Shown one piece after another: positions 35,217 through 45,985 of a stretch of 64,000 nt of DNA. The notes below the pieces were generated by a model. The model was not told the origin of the DNA. It made no database searches and was given only the letters and a program-made list of their open reading frames with translations. How positions within the stretch are numbered: position 1 is the first letter of the stretch; every line of letters begins with the position of its first letter. The stretch comes from Porphyridium purpureum (lineage: Eukaryota). Both the position numbers and the translations under genes were made by a program. The stretch covers positions 1-64,000 of the forward strand of contig VRMN01000020.1 of NCBI GenBank assembly GCA_008690995.1. Reading direction: 5' to 3'.

Positions 35217-36965
35217 TTACATCTGCGAGATAACCTTTTTCTTCTCAATCTTGCCCATAGCGTTTCTCGGAATTTCAGGAACAATTTTAACCTGCTTCGG
35301 CACCTTGTAATCCGCAAGCCTTTCACGTGCCCATGCACCAAGCTCTGAGACACTCAGATCAGAGATACCATCTCTCAGGACAAGCATGGCAGCTATACTC
35401 TCGCCGAGACTGTCGTGAGGGATTCCAACCACCGCGACTTGTGCGATGCTAGGATGATCGAGCAACTCACGCTCAATTTCAAGCGCAGAAATCTTGAATC
35501 CGCCCGACTTGATAATGTCGACACTGCTTCTGCCAAGGATTCGGAACCAGCCATCATCTGCGCGCTCCACCACATCTCCTGTCAAAAAGTAGCCTTCCGC
35601 GTCGAAACTACGGACCGTGGCGTCTTCTCGCCTCCAATACCGCTTGAAGATTCCCGGGCCGCGCAGCCTGAGCTCGCCGACCTCAGACTTCCCTTCCGAG
35701 GACGCAGCAGTATCGCTGTCATCACTCACAACTTTGAACTCAATGTCAGGCGACATAGGCAGTCCCACCCAGCCCTCCCGTCGCGAATCGACCTCATGTG
35801 GGTTCGTCAGCGGCATCCCAACTTCAGACATTCCATATCTTTCTAAAATATTCTGCCCGCTGATGTTCCGCCACGCATTAAAGTAGGTCGCTTGCAGCGC
35901 GGCACTTCCACTTACATACAGCCGCAGGCGCGCCGCACCTTGGCGCATGGTCTCTTGAATCTCAGGTGGCTGCTGTTCGTAAAAGGAAATCATGTAGGCA
36001 TAGATTGTTGGGACAGCCATAAAAAGAGTAGGGGCCTCGCTATTTTCTTCGCTCTGCAGCTGAGCCCATGCGTGGCGTACGCTGAACTTCTCCTCCATGC
36101 TCAAAAGTGCGCCATTCCACAGCGCCGTGAACGTTATGTTCAAAATGCCGTGGACGTGATGCAAAGGCAAGTAGTTTGTGATTCGATCGTTCGGCGTCCA
36201 AGCCCATTTTGCTGTCATGGCCTCTGCCCAGAACTCTAACATTGCGTGCGTCCACACGACACCCTTGGGCCTTCCGGTTGTTCCAGAGGTGTAGATCAGC
36301 AAACAGGCGTCATCTGCATGAGCTGGAGGACCTTGCCAAGCCAATCGACCAGACACAGGCCCTTGCGATGATGGCCCACGATCTGTGACGCGCGCGTCAT
36401 CAGAGCTGATTTCAAGGAATGTAATATTCCGTTCGTCGCAAAGGGGCTGGATCGTTTCTCGCGTCTCTTTCGAGCAGAGCACAATGCACGGGTCGCTATC
36501 GTCAATGATAAATCCGAGTTCCTTGCTCGGATGCGCGTTGTGCAGAGGGACGGCGATCCCACCCGCCAACCATGTGGCCCACTGTGAAATAACGTAGGCA
36601 CTCGTGTAAGGTAAGCAGAAGGCGATGCGCGGTCGGTCGTCGTCCGTCTGCGGCTGCAAGCCTGTAAGCACACCACACAAGGTCGTGGCATGCTCCAGCA
36701 GTTCTCCATACGTCAGCAGCAATCCGCGAGAGCGAATCGCCGCGCTTTGAGAGTTGCGCTCGCGGGCTCGCTGGATAATGAGTGGGCCGGCGCTATTGGT
36801 GCCGTCTGAATGCGAGCACAATACCATGCTGCCCACTCTCTGGCGAAGCGCAGGGGCTCCCACAAACATCGGACCCAGGTGACCTGAAAAGGCGTCTGCC
36901 GCTGTCCACGACGTGCGCAGGCCGCGTTGTCCAAGCGAGTTTAAGCCGCACGTCGCCCGGGGCAT
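35217..36965 (-). CDS. Acyl-CoA synthetase, malonyl-CoA synthetase type (ACSF3/AAE13-like), possibly with an N-terminal targeting peptide
   Basis: IYTSGTTGRPKG AMP-binding loop, LPLHHVHG, FMAVPTIY, ILERYGMSE, TGD, GRSSVDIIKSGG and PRNAMGK. The start codon is uncertain (36965 or a downstream ATG). Confidence 0.88.
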   Translation of the reverse strand: MPRATCGLNSLGQRGLRTSWTAADAFSGHLGPMFVGAPALRQRVGSMVLCSHSDGTNSAGPLIIQRARERNSQSAAIRSRGLLLTYGELLEHATTLCGVLTGLQPQTDDDRPRIAFCLPYTSAYVISQWATWLAGGIAVPLHNAHPSKELGFIIDDSDPCIVLCSKETRETIQPLCDERNITFLEISSDDARVTDRGPSSQGPVSGRLAWQGPPAHADDACLLIYTSGTTGRPKGVVWTHAMLEFWAEAMTAKWAWTPNDRITNYLPLHHVHGILNITFTALWNGALLSMEEKFSVRHAWAQLQSEENSEAPTLFMAVPTIYAYMISFYEQQPPEIQETMRQGAARLRLYVSGSAALQATYFNAWRNISGQNILERYGMSEVGMPLTNPHEVDSRREGWVGLPMSPDIEFKVVSDDSDTAASSEGKSEVGELRLRGPGIFKRYWRREDATVRSFDAEGYFLTGDVVERADDGWFRILGRSSVDIIKSGGFKISALEIERELLDHPSIAQVAVVGIPHDSLGESIAAMLVLRDGISDLSVSELGAWARERLADYKVPKQVKIVPEIPRNAMGKIEKKKVISQM

Positions 36966-38054
36966 ACTCGAAAGACGCTCCACGCGCGTGTGCGCCGCGC
37001 GTGCGAAGCAGATGGTCAGCGGAGAGCGGGCGGAGGGGGCGTGTGGATACTGCCCGCACATGCTGCGGCGTTCCACGACAGCAGGCCTTCCACGATCACA
37101 ACTCCGCGCGTGCGCTGGCCGCTGCCGCGCTCGCCCGGTCCGTTGGCCACTCGTTGCTGGTGCGACTGTACCGAACGCCGGCGCGAGTACAGTGCGCGAC
37201 CCACGCGGTTCGCGCGCGGCGTGCGCCATCAGCGCGCTCGCAGCTGCGAAGCGCCTGCGAAGCACGCACACGCACGCTCTGCGCGCGCTTCCACAACAAG
37301 AAGCAGCGCGCGCACACTGTGTCTCCAACCACACACAGATCGGTTGGCTCTCGTCTGCGCCTTTATCTCTCTCTCTCTCTTTCTCTTTCCCTGTCACTCG
37401 AGCCCAAGAGCAGTTGGCAGGCGTTACCGGATTTCGCGACTCGAGCGGAAAGGAACTCACAAACGCCGATGTGCTGCTGGTACAACATGCTGGCATGAGA
37501 TTCGATACGGGTGCTTCGCAACCAATAAACCGTCTGCTCGTAGTTCCGAAACACGAACTGTCTGGGTCAGGCGGAGAGAGCGTGCGAGGTTCAGATCGTA
37601 CATGGAACTGGCGCTTCGCTGGGAAGGACAGTGGTGGCGGTCACACGGTGCATTGCAACAAGAATATGTTAGACCGAGGAGCAATGAGCAGAATGGTCGG
37701 CCAAAGTCGTCCCGAAGCACAGTGCCTCGCACATCAGGAAAGGCAGTTATCTGTCTCACCGCTCGTCTCAAGCACGAGTTCATGGCAAGATACTTCCACG
37801 CGCAACGTACGCCCGCGCGGTAGCTTGCGTGCCTCGCGCCGTGAGCGCTCCGTGGACAGGTTCCGCAGTTTTAGTCGCATGAGCAGCCCGTGCGAACTTT
37901 CAAACTTCCTGGCATTTGGTGCTCACGTCCATCATCCGCACAGCCGTTGCTCGACTTTTCCTTCCTTCTGAGACATGCCACGTTGACGTCTTCATTGGCG
38001 GTCATGGCCGACACAAGCCTTGCAATTTTCCTTTTTCCCGTGTAAACCGGGCCG

Positions 38055-39719
38055 TCATCGTACCTTTTCGGGTTTCAGTGACATGCTTGGCCCCCACGAA
38101 CCTCGCTGCGCGTCGGCCCCAGTCCAAACCTTCCAGCTCTTGTCGTAGCAGCCCGTAACAACCATAGTTCCATCCTCAGAAATGTCGCAGCTGGTGACCT
38201 TATCGAGGTGTGCATCAAGGCTATTGATCTGCACCCAACCGCGCCGACTTGCGAATACTCGGCAGGTCCGGTCAAAGCTACTGCTAATAAGTGTGCCGCC
38301 TTCGTGTCCGGGAGCCGGCTGGTATCGGACGCATGAAATCACCGAAGGATGCGCGGCGAGGGTATGGTACCACCGCAGCTTTCTCACGTCAAAAATTTTG
38401 ACAAGATTGTCTCTCGCCCCGCTGGCAAAATGTGTGCCGCGCGGATCAAAATCAACAGATGTAATTGGTTCCGAGTGCACACCTTCGAAACGCGCAATGT
38501 TCTTGCCACTCCGAAGGTCCCACAGCAGGAGAGCTCCATCTGCACCGCCACTCACAATGAGCGAACCGTCAGGATGACAAGCTAGCGCAGTAACGTGATG
38601 AGCGTGACCAGATTGCTCGTACAGAAAGGTGGCCTCGTCGGGCCGTTCAATGTTATGCGCGCGCCACGTGTTTGCCCCTGCACACGCCACAAGTGCAAGC
38701 GGGACATGCGGATGGAGTACGATATCGAGCAAAGCTGGGCGGCCATGGGTGGCTTCGGTACCATGTACAGACAAATCCTGGCGGCGTTGCAATCCTGTGT
38801 CGACATCCAAAGTCCACACACATGCAGACCCGTCGGATGAGCAACTTGCCACCAGGCCGTGCTCACTCGAATGCTCCAGGCCTGTCACACGCGACGTGTG
38901 CACATGAACCCGCTGACCAATCTGCTGTCCTGTGTACGGGCTCCACAATGCGAGGTCTCCACCGTACGACGCCGAGATGAGCATGTATTCGCTCCCGCCA
39001 GCTGCGTGCGTCGCACGGACCAGGCGTGTCTGGCTCGTTGGCCGCTCGTGAGCGTGCCGGCTCTGATGCAGGCGCAGACCTGCCGCGTGCTCAATGCAAT
39101 TCGTGCTCGTCGCTCGCTGCGCAAGTCTGGTCTCCGGCGAACTTTCCGTGTACTCTCGATGCTCGCGGCGCAATCGCGCGTGTGATGCGCGAAGTGAAGA
39201 GCTCAGGATTCGCTGTCGAACCGCCCTCAATTCGCTGGCAATGGCCGTGTCTGCACTCGCGAAAGACTCGACTTCTACCGGCAGCGCAGTGATGGGCTTG
39301 GATTTCTCATGTGCTGGCGGCGACTCAATTCCTGCTTGTCCTGCGCCATCTTTGTCACTCGCGCTTCCTCCGAAATCGCTTGATTCGACGGTAAAGGCCT
39401 TCAGTGCGAGAGCATAGCGCAGCCGTTCCCTGCGGTGATGCGCATCCTCACTTTCGAAGCACTCTGGCTCGTTCAACGCACGCAGCTCTGCTTGTATCTG
39501 CTCATCTCTCGCGGGCAAGTGCAACGCGCGCCCAATGGCAGCGATCCGACGCGCGCGTTCGCTGTCCGCCAGGCGCTGGGCTGCGAGGCGCGACGCCGTC
39601 CCAAAGAGCGGCTCCTGGGAGCCGCCAGGATCACCCTGCATGGCATGCCGTGAGCGTGAGCGTGCGCTACGCGTCAAGATACCGGTCCTGTCGACCGAAT
39701 CAGAGTTTGAGGTTTGCAT
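38055..39719 (-). CDS. PRP4: U4/U6 snRNP protein Prp4 (PRP4 motif plus WD40 repeats)
   Basis: DEQIQAELRALNEPECFESEDAHHRRERLR matches the PRP4 motif. WD repeats follow (LYEQSGH, HPDGSL, LWDLRSG, YDKSWKVW). The first ATG was used. Confidence 0.85.
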   Translation of the reverse strand: MQTSNSDSVDRTGILTRSARSRSRHAMQGDPGGSQEPLFGTASRLAAQRLADSERARRIAAIGRALHLPARDEQIQAELRALNEPECFESEDAHHRRERLRYALALKAFTVESSDFGGSASDKDGAGQAGIESPPAHEKSKPITALPVEVESFASADTAIASELRAVRQRILSSSLRASHARLRREHREYTESSPETRLAQRATSTNCIEHAAGLRLHQSRHAHERPTSQTRLVRATHAAGGSEYMLISASYGGDLALWSPYTGQQIGQRVHVHTSRVTGLEHSSEHGLVASCSSDGSACVWTLDVDTGLQRRQDLSVHGTEATHGRPALLDIVLHPHVPLALVACAGANTWRAHNIERPDEATFLYEQSGHAHHVTALACHPDGSLIVSGGADGALLLWDLRSGKNIARFEGVHSEPITSVDFDPRGTHFASGARDNLVKIFDVRKLRWYHTLAAHPSVISCVRYQPAPGHEGGTLISSSFDRTCRVFASRRGWVQINSLDAHLDKVTSCDISEDGTMVVTGCYDKSWKVWTGADAQRGSWGPSMSLKPEKVR

Positions 39720-40168
39720 GCTCGGCACGGAAAGGTGCGGGACGCGCGGGGTGAAAGTCAAGAATCCTGTACGATGCACAAAACGAGTGTCTCTGTTTTA
39801 CTCCCACTTCTCACTTGAATCCTAACGCCGAACGACATTCCGAATGGCAGACCTCAAGCGACCGCTGCCGCGCTGCACCTCCGACCATTTATCTTTTGTC
39901 TTCTGCCTTGAGGCGGTTCGGTGCGCACGCTGTTCGGCCCGCCGCGCATACATCTGTGCAGACCGCCGTTCGTGCGGCGATTGTGTAGTGCCCAAGCACC
40001 AACGCTCGACGCTCCAGCCTTGGAAGCCACCGGAAACGCTACCGGACGCCCAGGACGCACATGCGCGCGCCGCCAGACCTTGCCGCAGCCTAGCAGCCCG
40101 GCGGCCGCGCACGCGCGGAACGCGTCGTGTCGTGTGAGCCGGAAGGTACGCAGAGACGCGCGGCGCGG

Positions 40169-40504
40169 CTAGTTGTCGTCCCTGCGGTACTTGTCCTGCA
40201 GCTGCGGGCGGCCGGTGTGGCGGATCTTGCGGTCCTCTGCGGAGCGCGGGCGGACGGTCTTGCGGTGGACGGCGCACGAGACGCAGTATTGCACCTTGTT
40301 GTACATCTTTGGGAGCTCGTAGCTTGCGATGATGCACGCCTCCTCCAGGTCGCGCAGACTGGACTTGTCCACGATGTTGCGCACCGTGAAGCGCTTGATC
40401 GCCTTGTCCTTCGGCGGCTTGCAGCCGCACCCGTCGCAGTTCACCATGCGCGTGTGGTTGCGGCCATGCCGGTTCCTCCCGTGGTTGCGCCTCTTCACCG
40501 TCAT
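40169..40504 (-). CDS. RPS26: 40S ribosomal protein S26 (eS26)
   Basis: MTVKRRNHGRN, PKDKAIKRF, RNIV, LPKMY and YCVSCAVH. Confidence 0.97.
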   Translation of the reverse strand: MTVKRRNHGRNRHGRNHTRMVNCDGCGCKPPKDKAIKRFTVRNIVDKSSLRDLEEACIIASYELPKMYNKVQYCVSCAVHRKTVRPRSAEDRKIRHTGRPQLQDKYRRDDN

Positions 40505-40710
40505 CGCGCCCGCCTCTTCCCCGCTTCCGCTCTCCCTCCTTCCCCGGCTCCCCCTCTCTCCCTCGCTCCCTCTCCCTCTTCTTCCCCCCCTCCCGCCCCC
40601 CCACTCGCCCGCTTTTGCGGTACAGCGCGCGCACGCGGCGGCGGCGCGGCGCGCGCGCGGCGGTACAGCCGCGCCGCCGCAATGCCGCAGCGCAATGCCA
40701 TCCCAGAGCC

Positions 40711-40814
40711 GCTGTACTCGCGGCTGTACTCACTACTGTACTCGCGGCTATACTCACTGCTGTACTTACTGCTGTACTCACAGCTGTACTCACTGCTGTA
40801 CTCGCAGGCTGTAC
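40711..40814. repeat. 12-bp tandem repeat (consensus GCTGTACTCRCN, about 8.5 units)
   Basis: gctgtactcgcg gctgtactcact actgtactcgcg gctatactcact gctgtacttact gctgtactcaca gctgtactcact gctgtactcgca. Confidence 0.9.
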
Positions 40815-41053
40815 GGCGCGGTACAGTGGGCGCGTGTGCGCGAGGGCGCGGGGCGGGTGCGTGTGCGGTCCGGCCGGTTGTTGGGCAGGGCGGTGTTTCG
40901 TGGCGCCGCGGCACGGGTGGTCGGGCGGTGTGCGCGGGTTCTCGCTTGCGGCAGCGCGCCTCTGCAGCCGCGGCGGCCAGCCAGCGCGGTCCGGCTCCGC
41001 TCCGCCGCGTCGGGAACGAGCGCGGCGCGGCGTGCGCAGGCGCAAGCAGCGGC

Positions 41054-41596
41054 ATGGGCTGCTTCTCAAGCAAGGAGGCCGGCGCGCGCGCGCGCGGCGG
41101 GTCCAAAAGCGTGCTGTTTCTGGGGCTCGACGGATCGGGCTCCACCACCGTCATGTACCAGCTCGTCCTGGGCAGAAAGGTCGACACGATTCCCACGCTC
41201 GGCTTCAACAAGGAAGTCATCACGTACAACGGCATCGAGCTCGAGATGTTCGACCTGGGCGGCGTGGAAAAGGTGCGGCCCGTGTGGCGACAGTACGCAC
41301 CAGAGGCAGACGCCATCGTCTTTGTCGTCGACGGCCACGACGAGCCGCGCGTCACGCAGGCAAAGGGCGAGCTGGAAAAGTTCCTCGCCGAGCTGAAGGA
41401 TAAGTCGATTCCGCTGCTGCTGTTTGTGAACAAGAACGATCTGCCGGGCTACCTGGGTGTCGAAGCAGTCGAGGAGAAGCTGAATATCAAGGCGTTTGCT
41501 TTCTCGGCCTACAAGGCCGTAGGGTGTTGCGGGAAAACGGGCGATGAGATCAAGGCCGGCATGGATTGGCTCACCGATCAATTGAAATCGTCATAA
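41054..41596 (+). CDS. ARF/ARL-family small GTPase with atypical G1 and G3 motifs, 180 aa
   Basis: MGCFSSK (myristoylation-type N-terminus), LGLDGSGSTT, TIPTLGFN, FDLGG, AIVFVVD, NKND and a C-terminal GMDWL. Confidence 0.9.
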   Translation: MGCFSSKEAGARARGGSKSVLFLGLDGSGSTTVMYQLVLGRKVDTIPTLGFNKEVITYNGIELEMFDLGGVEKVRPVWRQYAPEADAIVFVVDGHDEPRVTQAKGELEKFLAELKDKSIPLLLFVNKNDLPGYLGVEAVEEKLNIKAFAFSAYKAVGCCGKTGDEIKAGMDWLTDQLKSS

Positions 41597-42007
41597 CCGG
41601 AGAATAAAGTCTGCGTGCTGCACCCTGCGCCCTGCTCTGCATCAGCCCAAAGCTCTTTGGGGGTAAGGGGCGCGACAAGTACCTCCCCTTCCGAACTTCT
41701 GTAATATTTTTTTGTTTTTAAAAAGAACCTTTCGAAAAAGCAAGCCTTAGATGCCGTCGCAAGCTGCAGAGCACGCCATGCGGGCCCAGGCTTCTGACAT
41801 CTGATTTTGCGCTCCCTCGCTGCCTTGCCATAAGCATTCTAAAACATGACCGCACCCAAAAAAGCAGGCACGAAGCACGTGGATGCGTACACGTGGATTG
41901 ACGCTCCAATTGCGGTGGAATTTTTCGAGCGTTGTGCCACCAAGTGGCCCCACGTGGAAAAGGTCGCAGAAGCAGCCATTCTAAAGGAACGCAGCAGCGT
42001 CGCGCAT

Positions 42008-43522
42008 TTATTGAGCATCTGGAGATGCAATCAGGCTTGTCGGGTCTTCATCAAGCTCATCACTGTAGAACCGCATTTTGGACTCCTCTACTTGCAGCTC
42101 GTACCCTTCTTCCCGGAGCTCCAACGCCTGCTTGATTGCCATGTCGATAATGCTCGAACTGCTTGTCTGTGTGCGCACGAAAGGACCGGTCTTAAGATTG
42201 GCGTTCGACGTCCAAGCCACGTTCTTATTCATCAGCAACGAGGAGCTCCGTTCGAGCGCACCGGTCAGCGCTCGCGAGGGTGCGTTGCTTGCGCCCGTGC
42301 ACCAAGGATGGGACGCCAGCTCTTCGGCGGTCATCCTTTTGGACGGGTCCTTCGCCAGCAGTTTCGTGACGACATGCTTGGCTGCGCGAGAGATTTCCTT
42401 CCAGTCTGTTTCCGGGAAGGAAAATTCCGCGTTCTTAATCTTCATCAAAATTTCGTTCTGGTCAAAGCCCAAAAATGGAAAACGGCCAGACAGCATCACG
42501 TAACACAGCACGCCCGCCGCCCACATGTCAACCGGCGCGCCGTACTTGACACGCAGCGCGAGCTCGGGTGCTATGTAGAACGGAGTTCCTACTGACGAGC
42601 TGAGAGGCGCATCGCGCTCATCCTGCGTTTCATTCAGGTCGCCCATAAAGTTCGCAAGACCAAAATCCGCCAGCTTGATGACAAGCGGGAACTCTGTGCG
42701 GTCGCACAGAATGTTGTCTGGTTTGATATCTCGATGCACCACATTGTGTGCGTGCAAGTACCGCAGCCCTTCGCCGAGCTGACGCATCACATCGCTGGCC
42801 TGGCGCTCCGAAAAGTGCCGCAGCTTGCGGATGATGTTAAACAGCATGCCTCCCTGCATGAACTCGAGCACAATGTATAAATGATCCTCCGTGTCGAAAA
42901 CGTCAAGCGTGCGCACAATGTTGGGATGATTGAGGCTCGACATGAGCTTTTCCTCGCGGTCGACATACGAGGCCATCTTGGAGTTCTTGCTCGGTTGCTT
43001 GTGCTTCTTCGCAATCTTCTTGATCGCAACTTTCTGCTTGGTTGCGATGCACGTGCCTTGGTACACTTGCGCAAATAGGCCCTCGCCGACCATTTCGCCA
43101 AACGTGTAGAAAGTCTCTGGAGACCAGACCACGGCCTGGCCAAGCGCCCGGGTCCAATTCTCGAATGTGTCGCTGTCTCGCGCGATGACAGAAACTTTCA
43201 TTTTGTCGGCGTCTCGCACGAATTGCAGCTCGATCAATCGTTTCTCCGTATTGGTTGTGAGGACGCATCCCTGCACAAAGCGCTTCCACACGGGCTGCGC
43301 ATCGCGCGCGTCCGACGCGAGCCGCGCGAGCTCCGCTTTCACGAGTTGGAGGAACACTGGCTGGCTGTCGCCCGCGCCGAAGCAGCACAGCGCACCAGCA
43401 CGCTTCGCATTATCGAACGGGCTCCGGTACGGCGGTTCTGTGAGCGGATGGCGCAGCGCAGACTGATGCCCACGAGAACGCGGCAGCGACAAGTTGGGCG
43501 GGATTGAGGATCTTGTTGTCAT
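42008..43522 (-). CDS. CaMK-group Ser/Thr protein kinase with a probable N-terminal PH-like domain
   Basis: GEGLFAQV, VAIK, HRDIKPDN, ADFG, GTPFYIAPE and DMWAAG. An upstream W-containing helix (FENWTRAL) is typical of a PH domain end. Confidence 0.9.
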   Translation of the reverse strand: MTTRSSIPPNLSLPRSRGHQSALRHPLTEPPYRSPFDNAKRAGALCCFGAGDSQPVFLQLVKAELARLASDARDAQPVWKRFVQGCVLTTNTEKRLIELQFVRDADKMKVSVIARDSDTFENWTRALGQAVVWSPETFYTFGEMVGEGLFAQVYQGTCIATKQKVAIKKIAKKHKQPSKNSKMASYVDREEKLMSSLNHPNIVRTLDVFDTEDHLYIVLEFMQGGMLFNIIRKLRHFSERQASDVMRQLGEGLRYLHAHNVVHRDIKPDNILCDRTEFPLVIKLADFGLANFMGDLNETQDERDAPLSSSVGTPFYIAPELALRVKYGAPVDMWAAGVLCYVMLSGRFPFLGFDQNEILMKIKNAEFSFPETDWKEISRAAKHVVTKLLAKDPSKRMTAEELASHPWCTGASNAPSRALTGALERSSSLLMNKNVAWTSNANLKTGPFVRTQTSSSSIIDMAIKQALELREEGYELQVEESKMRFYSDELDEDPTSLIASPDAQ

Positions 43523-44204
43523 GCTCCATGCAAGCTCAGCCTGCGCGAGCGAATGCCGCGCCGCTGCCACGCTCCCACTTGCTCACCTGCTCGCAAAGGA
43601 CCCGTGGTTAGCGTCGCACAGGTGTCAAGCGGCTCACAGGAGGATAGCGAAAAGATGCGCCTTGCCAGAACCTGCCGGACAACGGCGACACCGCCTGAGC
43701 ACGCACGTGACGTGTCGATCAAAGTTCCTCGGGCGCGGTCGCCCACGACTTGCTGTAAGGTTGAAATTGGGGCGCCGACGGGCAAGTTGAATCTCCAGAT
43801 CCGGCTTCCATGGAGGCCGAGCGCGGCGATGGTGCAATTCGACTACACTCGACGACGGTGCTCAAGGCGTCGGCGGATGAGGGCTGAACCATAGTCCTTG
43901 TCCCAAGCGAGACGGAAAGAAGGCGCGGCCAACTTGTCAATATTTGTGCATTTTTTTTAATTCTTCAAAACACACCACAGGTCCAAAGCCGCATGACGGC
44001 CGCAGAGGTACCGCGCGTGCCGCGCCAGCCGCAACAGCAGAAACGTCCGAATGATTGACCATTCAGAGGAACCACGCCCTCCCACAGAGGACAACGACTG
44101 TGACACGATGACGAAACAGAAACGGCAGGACCCACGCTGCCATGAACGCAATGGAATAGCAAAAGGGAAAAAGGATATCGACGACCAAAGAAGAACAGAC
44201 AAAA

Positions 44205-45461
44205 CTACGTGGTGGCCTCCATGCGCGACGACGTACGAGGTGAAGATAGCGGCGAAAAGTACCCGAGCTTCGCCGAGTTGCGGCGAGCCTCTTTGCTGAG
44301 ATTCTCGCGCTTGGCTTTTGGCCCGCCGTCTGCGCCCGCGCCCTTGCGCGTCGCGTCCATCTGGAACCACGGATGTCTCAGCGCATCCACCGACGAAAAT
44401 CGCGTCTCCGGGTTCACATCCAAAAGGCGGTGCATGAGGTCCTTTGCTTGCTTGCTCACGTCATCGCGCATACTGTCTGGAAATATCAGACCCTGGTCGA
44501 TTTCGGCCAGATACTCCTCATCGTTCAGTCCGAAGAATGGAAACATTCCAAACATCATCACATACAGAATCACTCCGCATGCCCACATGTCCACCTTGGG
44601 ACCGTGGCCTTGTTTACGCACCATTTCAGGTGCTCGGTACACGCACGTGCCCACCAGCGACTTGAGCAGCGTGTCCTCATTCTCCATCATGTTCGCGAGC
44701 CCAAAGTCAACCAGCTTGATTTTGAGCGGCCAGGATTTGTCTACGCAAAGGAGATTTTCTGGCTTGATGTCCCGGTGCACAACCCCAGCCTCGTGCAGAT
44801 ACTTGACGCCCTCAAGCAGCTCGCGCAGCACCAGCGCGGCCTTCTCCTCCGAAAACTGCTTCTCTTCGGCAATAATGTCAAACAGTTCACCCCCTTTCAT
44901 GTACTCCATCACAAGGAACAAGCGCTCCGGCGTGTCAAAAATATCGTACAGCTTGACCACGTTGGGATGTTCGCTCTTGGCCATAATTTTCATTTCACGC
45001 ATGTACACCTCCTTCTGGCGCGCAAACTTCTTGGGATCACTCGATTTCTCGAGAATCTTGATCGCAAACTTCTCCTGCGTCTTCTTGTCTGTGCCCACAA
45101 CCACGCGAGCAAACGAGCCCTTGCCTAATTCGTCCCCCAATGTGTAAAAGTCCTCGCACTTTTGGGTCACGACGCTGATGGCGTCCACCCACTTCTCGCA
45201 CTCTTGCGCGGTCTCTGCGTAGAACACGATCACGCGCGCCGGTGTCTTGAGCGAGAACGCGTTCCCGGGCAGCTTCTCGACCTTGGCGTCCAGCAGCGAT
45301 ATTTCCATTTTCGGGACCTTCCTGTCCTTGGGCTCAAAGTACGCGAGCTTCTGGCCCTTGACCACGACGTAGCGCTTCACCTTTGTCTGGAAGCGCTTCC
45401 CCTTCTTGTACAGCCATCCCGCCTCGTCGATGACCTCCAGCCGTGCGTAGCGCAGCTGCAT
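44205..45461 (-). CDS. PH-domain CaMK-group Ser/Thr protein kinase
   Basis: PH domain GWLYKKG...KRYVVV...L.YF...EKWVDAI; kinase motifs GKGSFARV, HRDIKPEN, DFG and YRAPE. Confidence 0.92.
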   Translation of the reverse strand: MQLRYARLEVIDEAGWLYKKGKRFQTKVKRYVVVKGQKLAYFEPKDRKVPKMEISLLDAKVEKLPGNAFSLKTPARVIVFYAETAQECEKWVDAISVVTQKCEDFYTLGDELGKGSFARVVVGTDKKTQEKFAIKILEKSSDPKKFARQKEVYMREMKIMAKSEHPNVVKLYDIFDTPERLFLVMEYMKGGELFDIIAEEKQFSEEKAALVLRELLEGVKYLHEAGVVHRDIKPENLLCVDKSWPLKIKLVDFGLANMMENEDTLLKSLVGTCVYRAPEMVRKQGHGPKVDMWACGVILYVMMFGMFPFFGLNDEEYLAEIDQGLIFPDSMRDDVSKQAKDLMHRLLDVNPETRFSSVDALRHPWFQMDATRKGAGADGGPKAKRENLSKEARRNSAKLGYFSPLSSPRTSSRMEATT

Positions 45462-45985
45462 GGTGCGAGACACTCAGCGACGCGCGTCGCGGCGCGCGCA
45501 CGCACGCACTTCCACAGCCGCCGCGCGAGCGCGTCGCTCCTCTTCTCCCGCGCGCGCCCCCGCATCGCCCACCCGCCCGCAGCCGCAGCAGCGCCAGCTT
45601 CCCGAGCTCTCTCTCCCCGCTCTCCGCACCTCAACCCCGCTCGACCCTGCCAGCGCGCGCGCCGAATTTGGCGCTGTCTGCGTGAGCGCGCGCGTTCGCG
45701 GCCTGTCAGCTGTACCGAGCGCGCGGCAGTCGCGACGCAGCGGCAGCAGCGACCGCGCCTGCGGCGTGGGCCGCACGCCCGCGCTGCCGCGGGCTGGCGT
45801 GGCCTTGGCCAAGCTGCCACGAAAAGCTGTGCCGCAGTACGTTTGTGCGCGCGTGCGTGTGCGCGTGTGCGAAAGAAAGAGAAAGAGAAAGAGAGAGAGC
45901 GAGAGTGCGGCGATTTTCGTTGTGCTTCTCGTCTGATTCGCTATGTACTAGTTCACGGTTATGTGCAGCATGGCCTCGCGCCACG

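Noticed and set aside
36966..37971. N-terminal extension of the 759-aa ORF and overlapping 238-352 aa ORFs
   Set aside because: Low-complexity GC-rich promoter DNA with a CT microsatellite and no domain signal.
39822..41433. Long overlapping Ala/Arg-rich ORFs (415, 355 and 310 aa, and the 5' part of the 489-aa ORF)
   Set aside because: Stop-poor GC-rich DNA overlapping RPS26 and the ARF-like gene.
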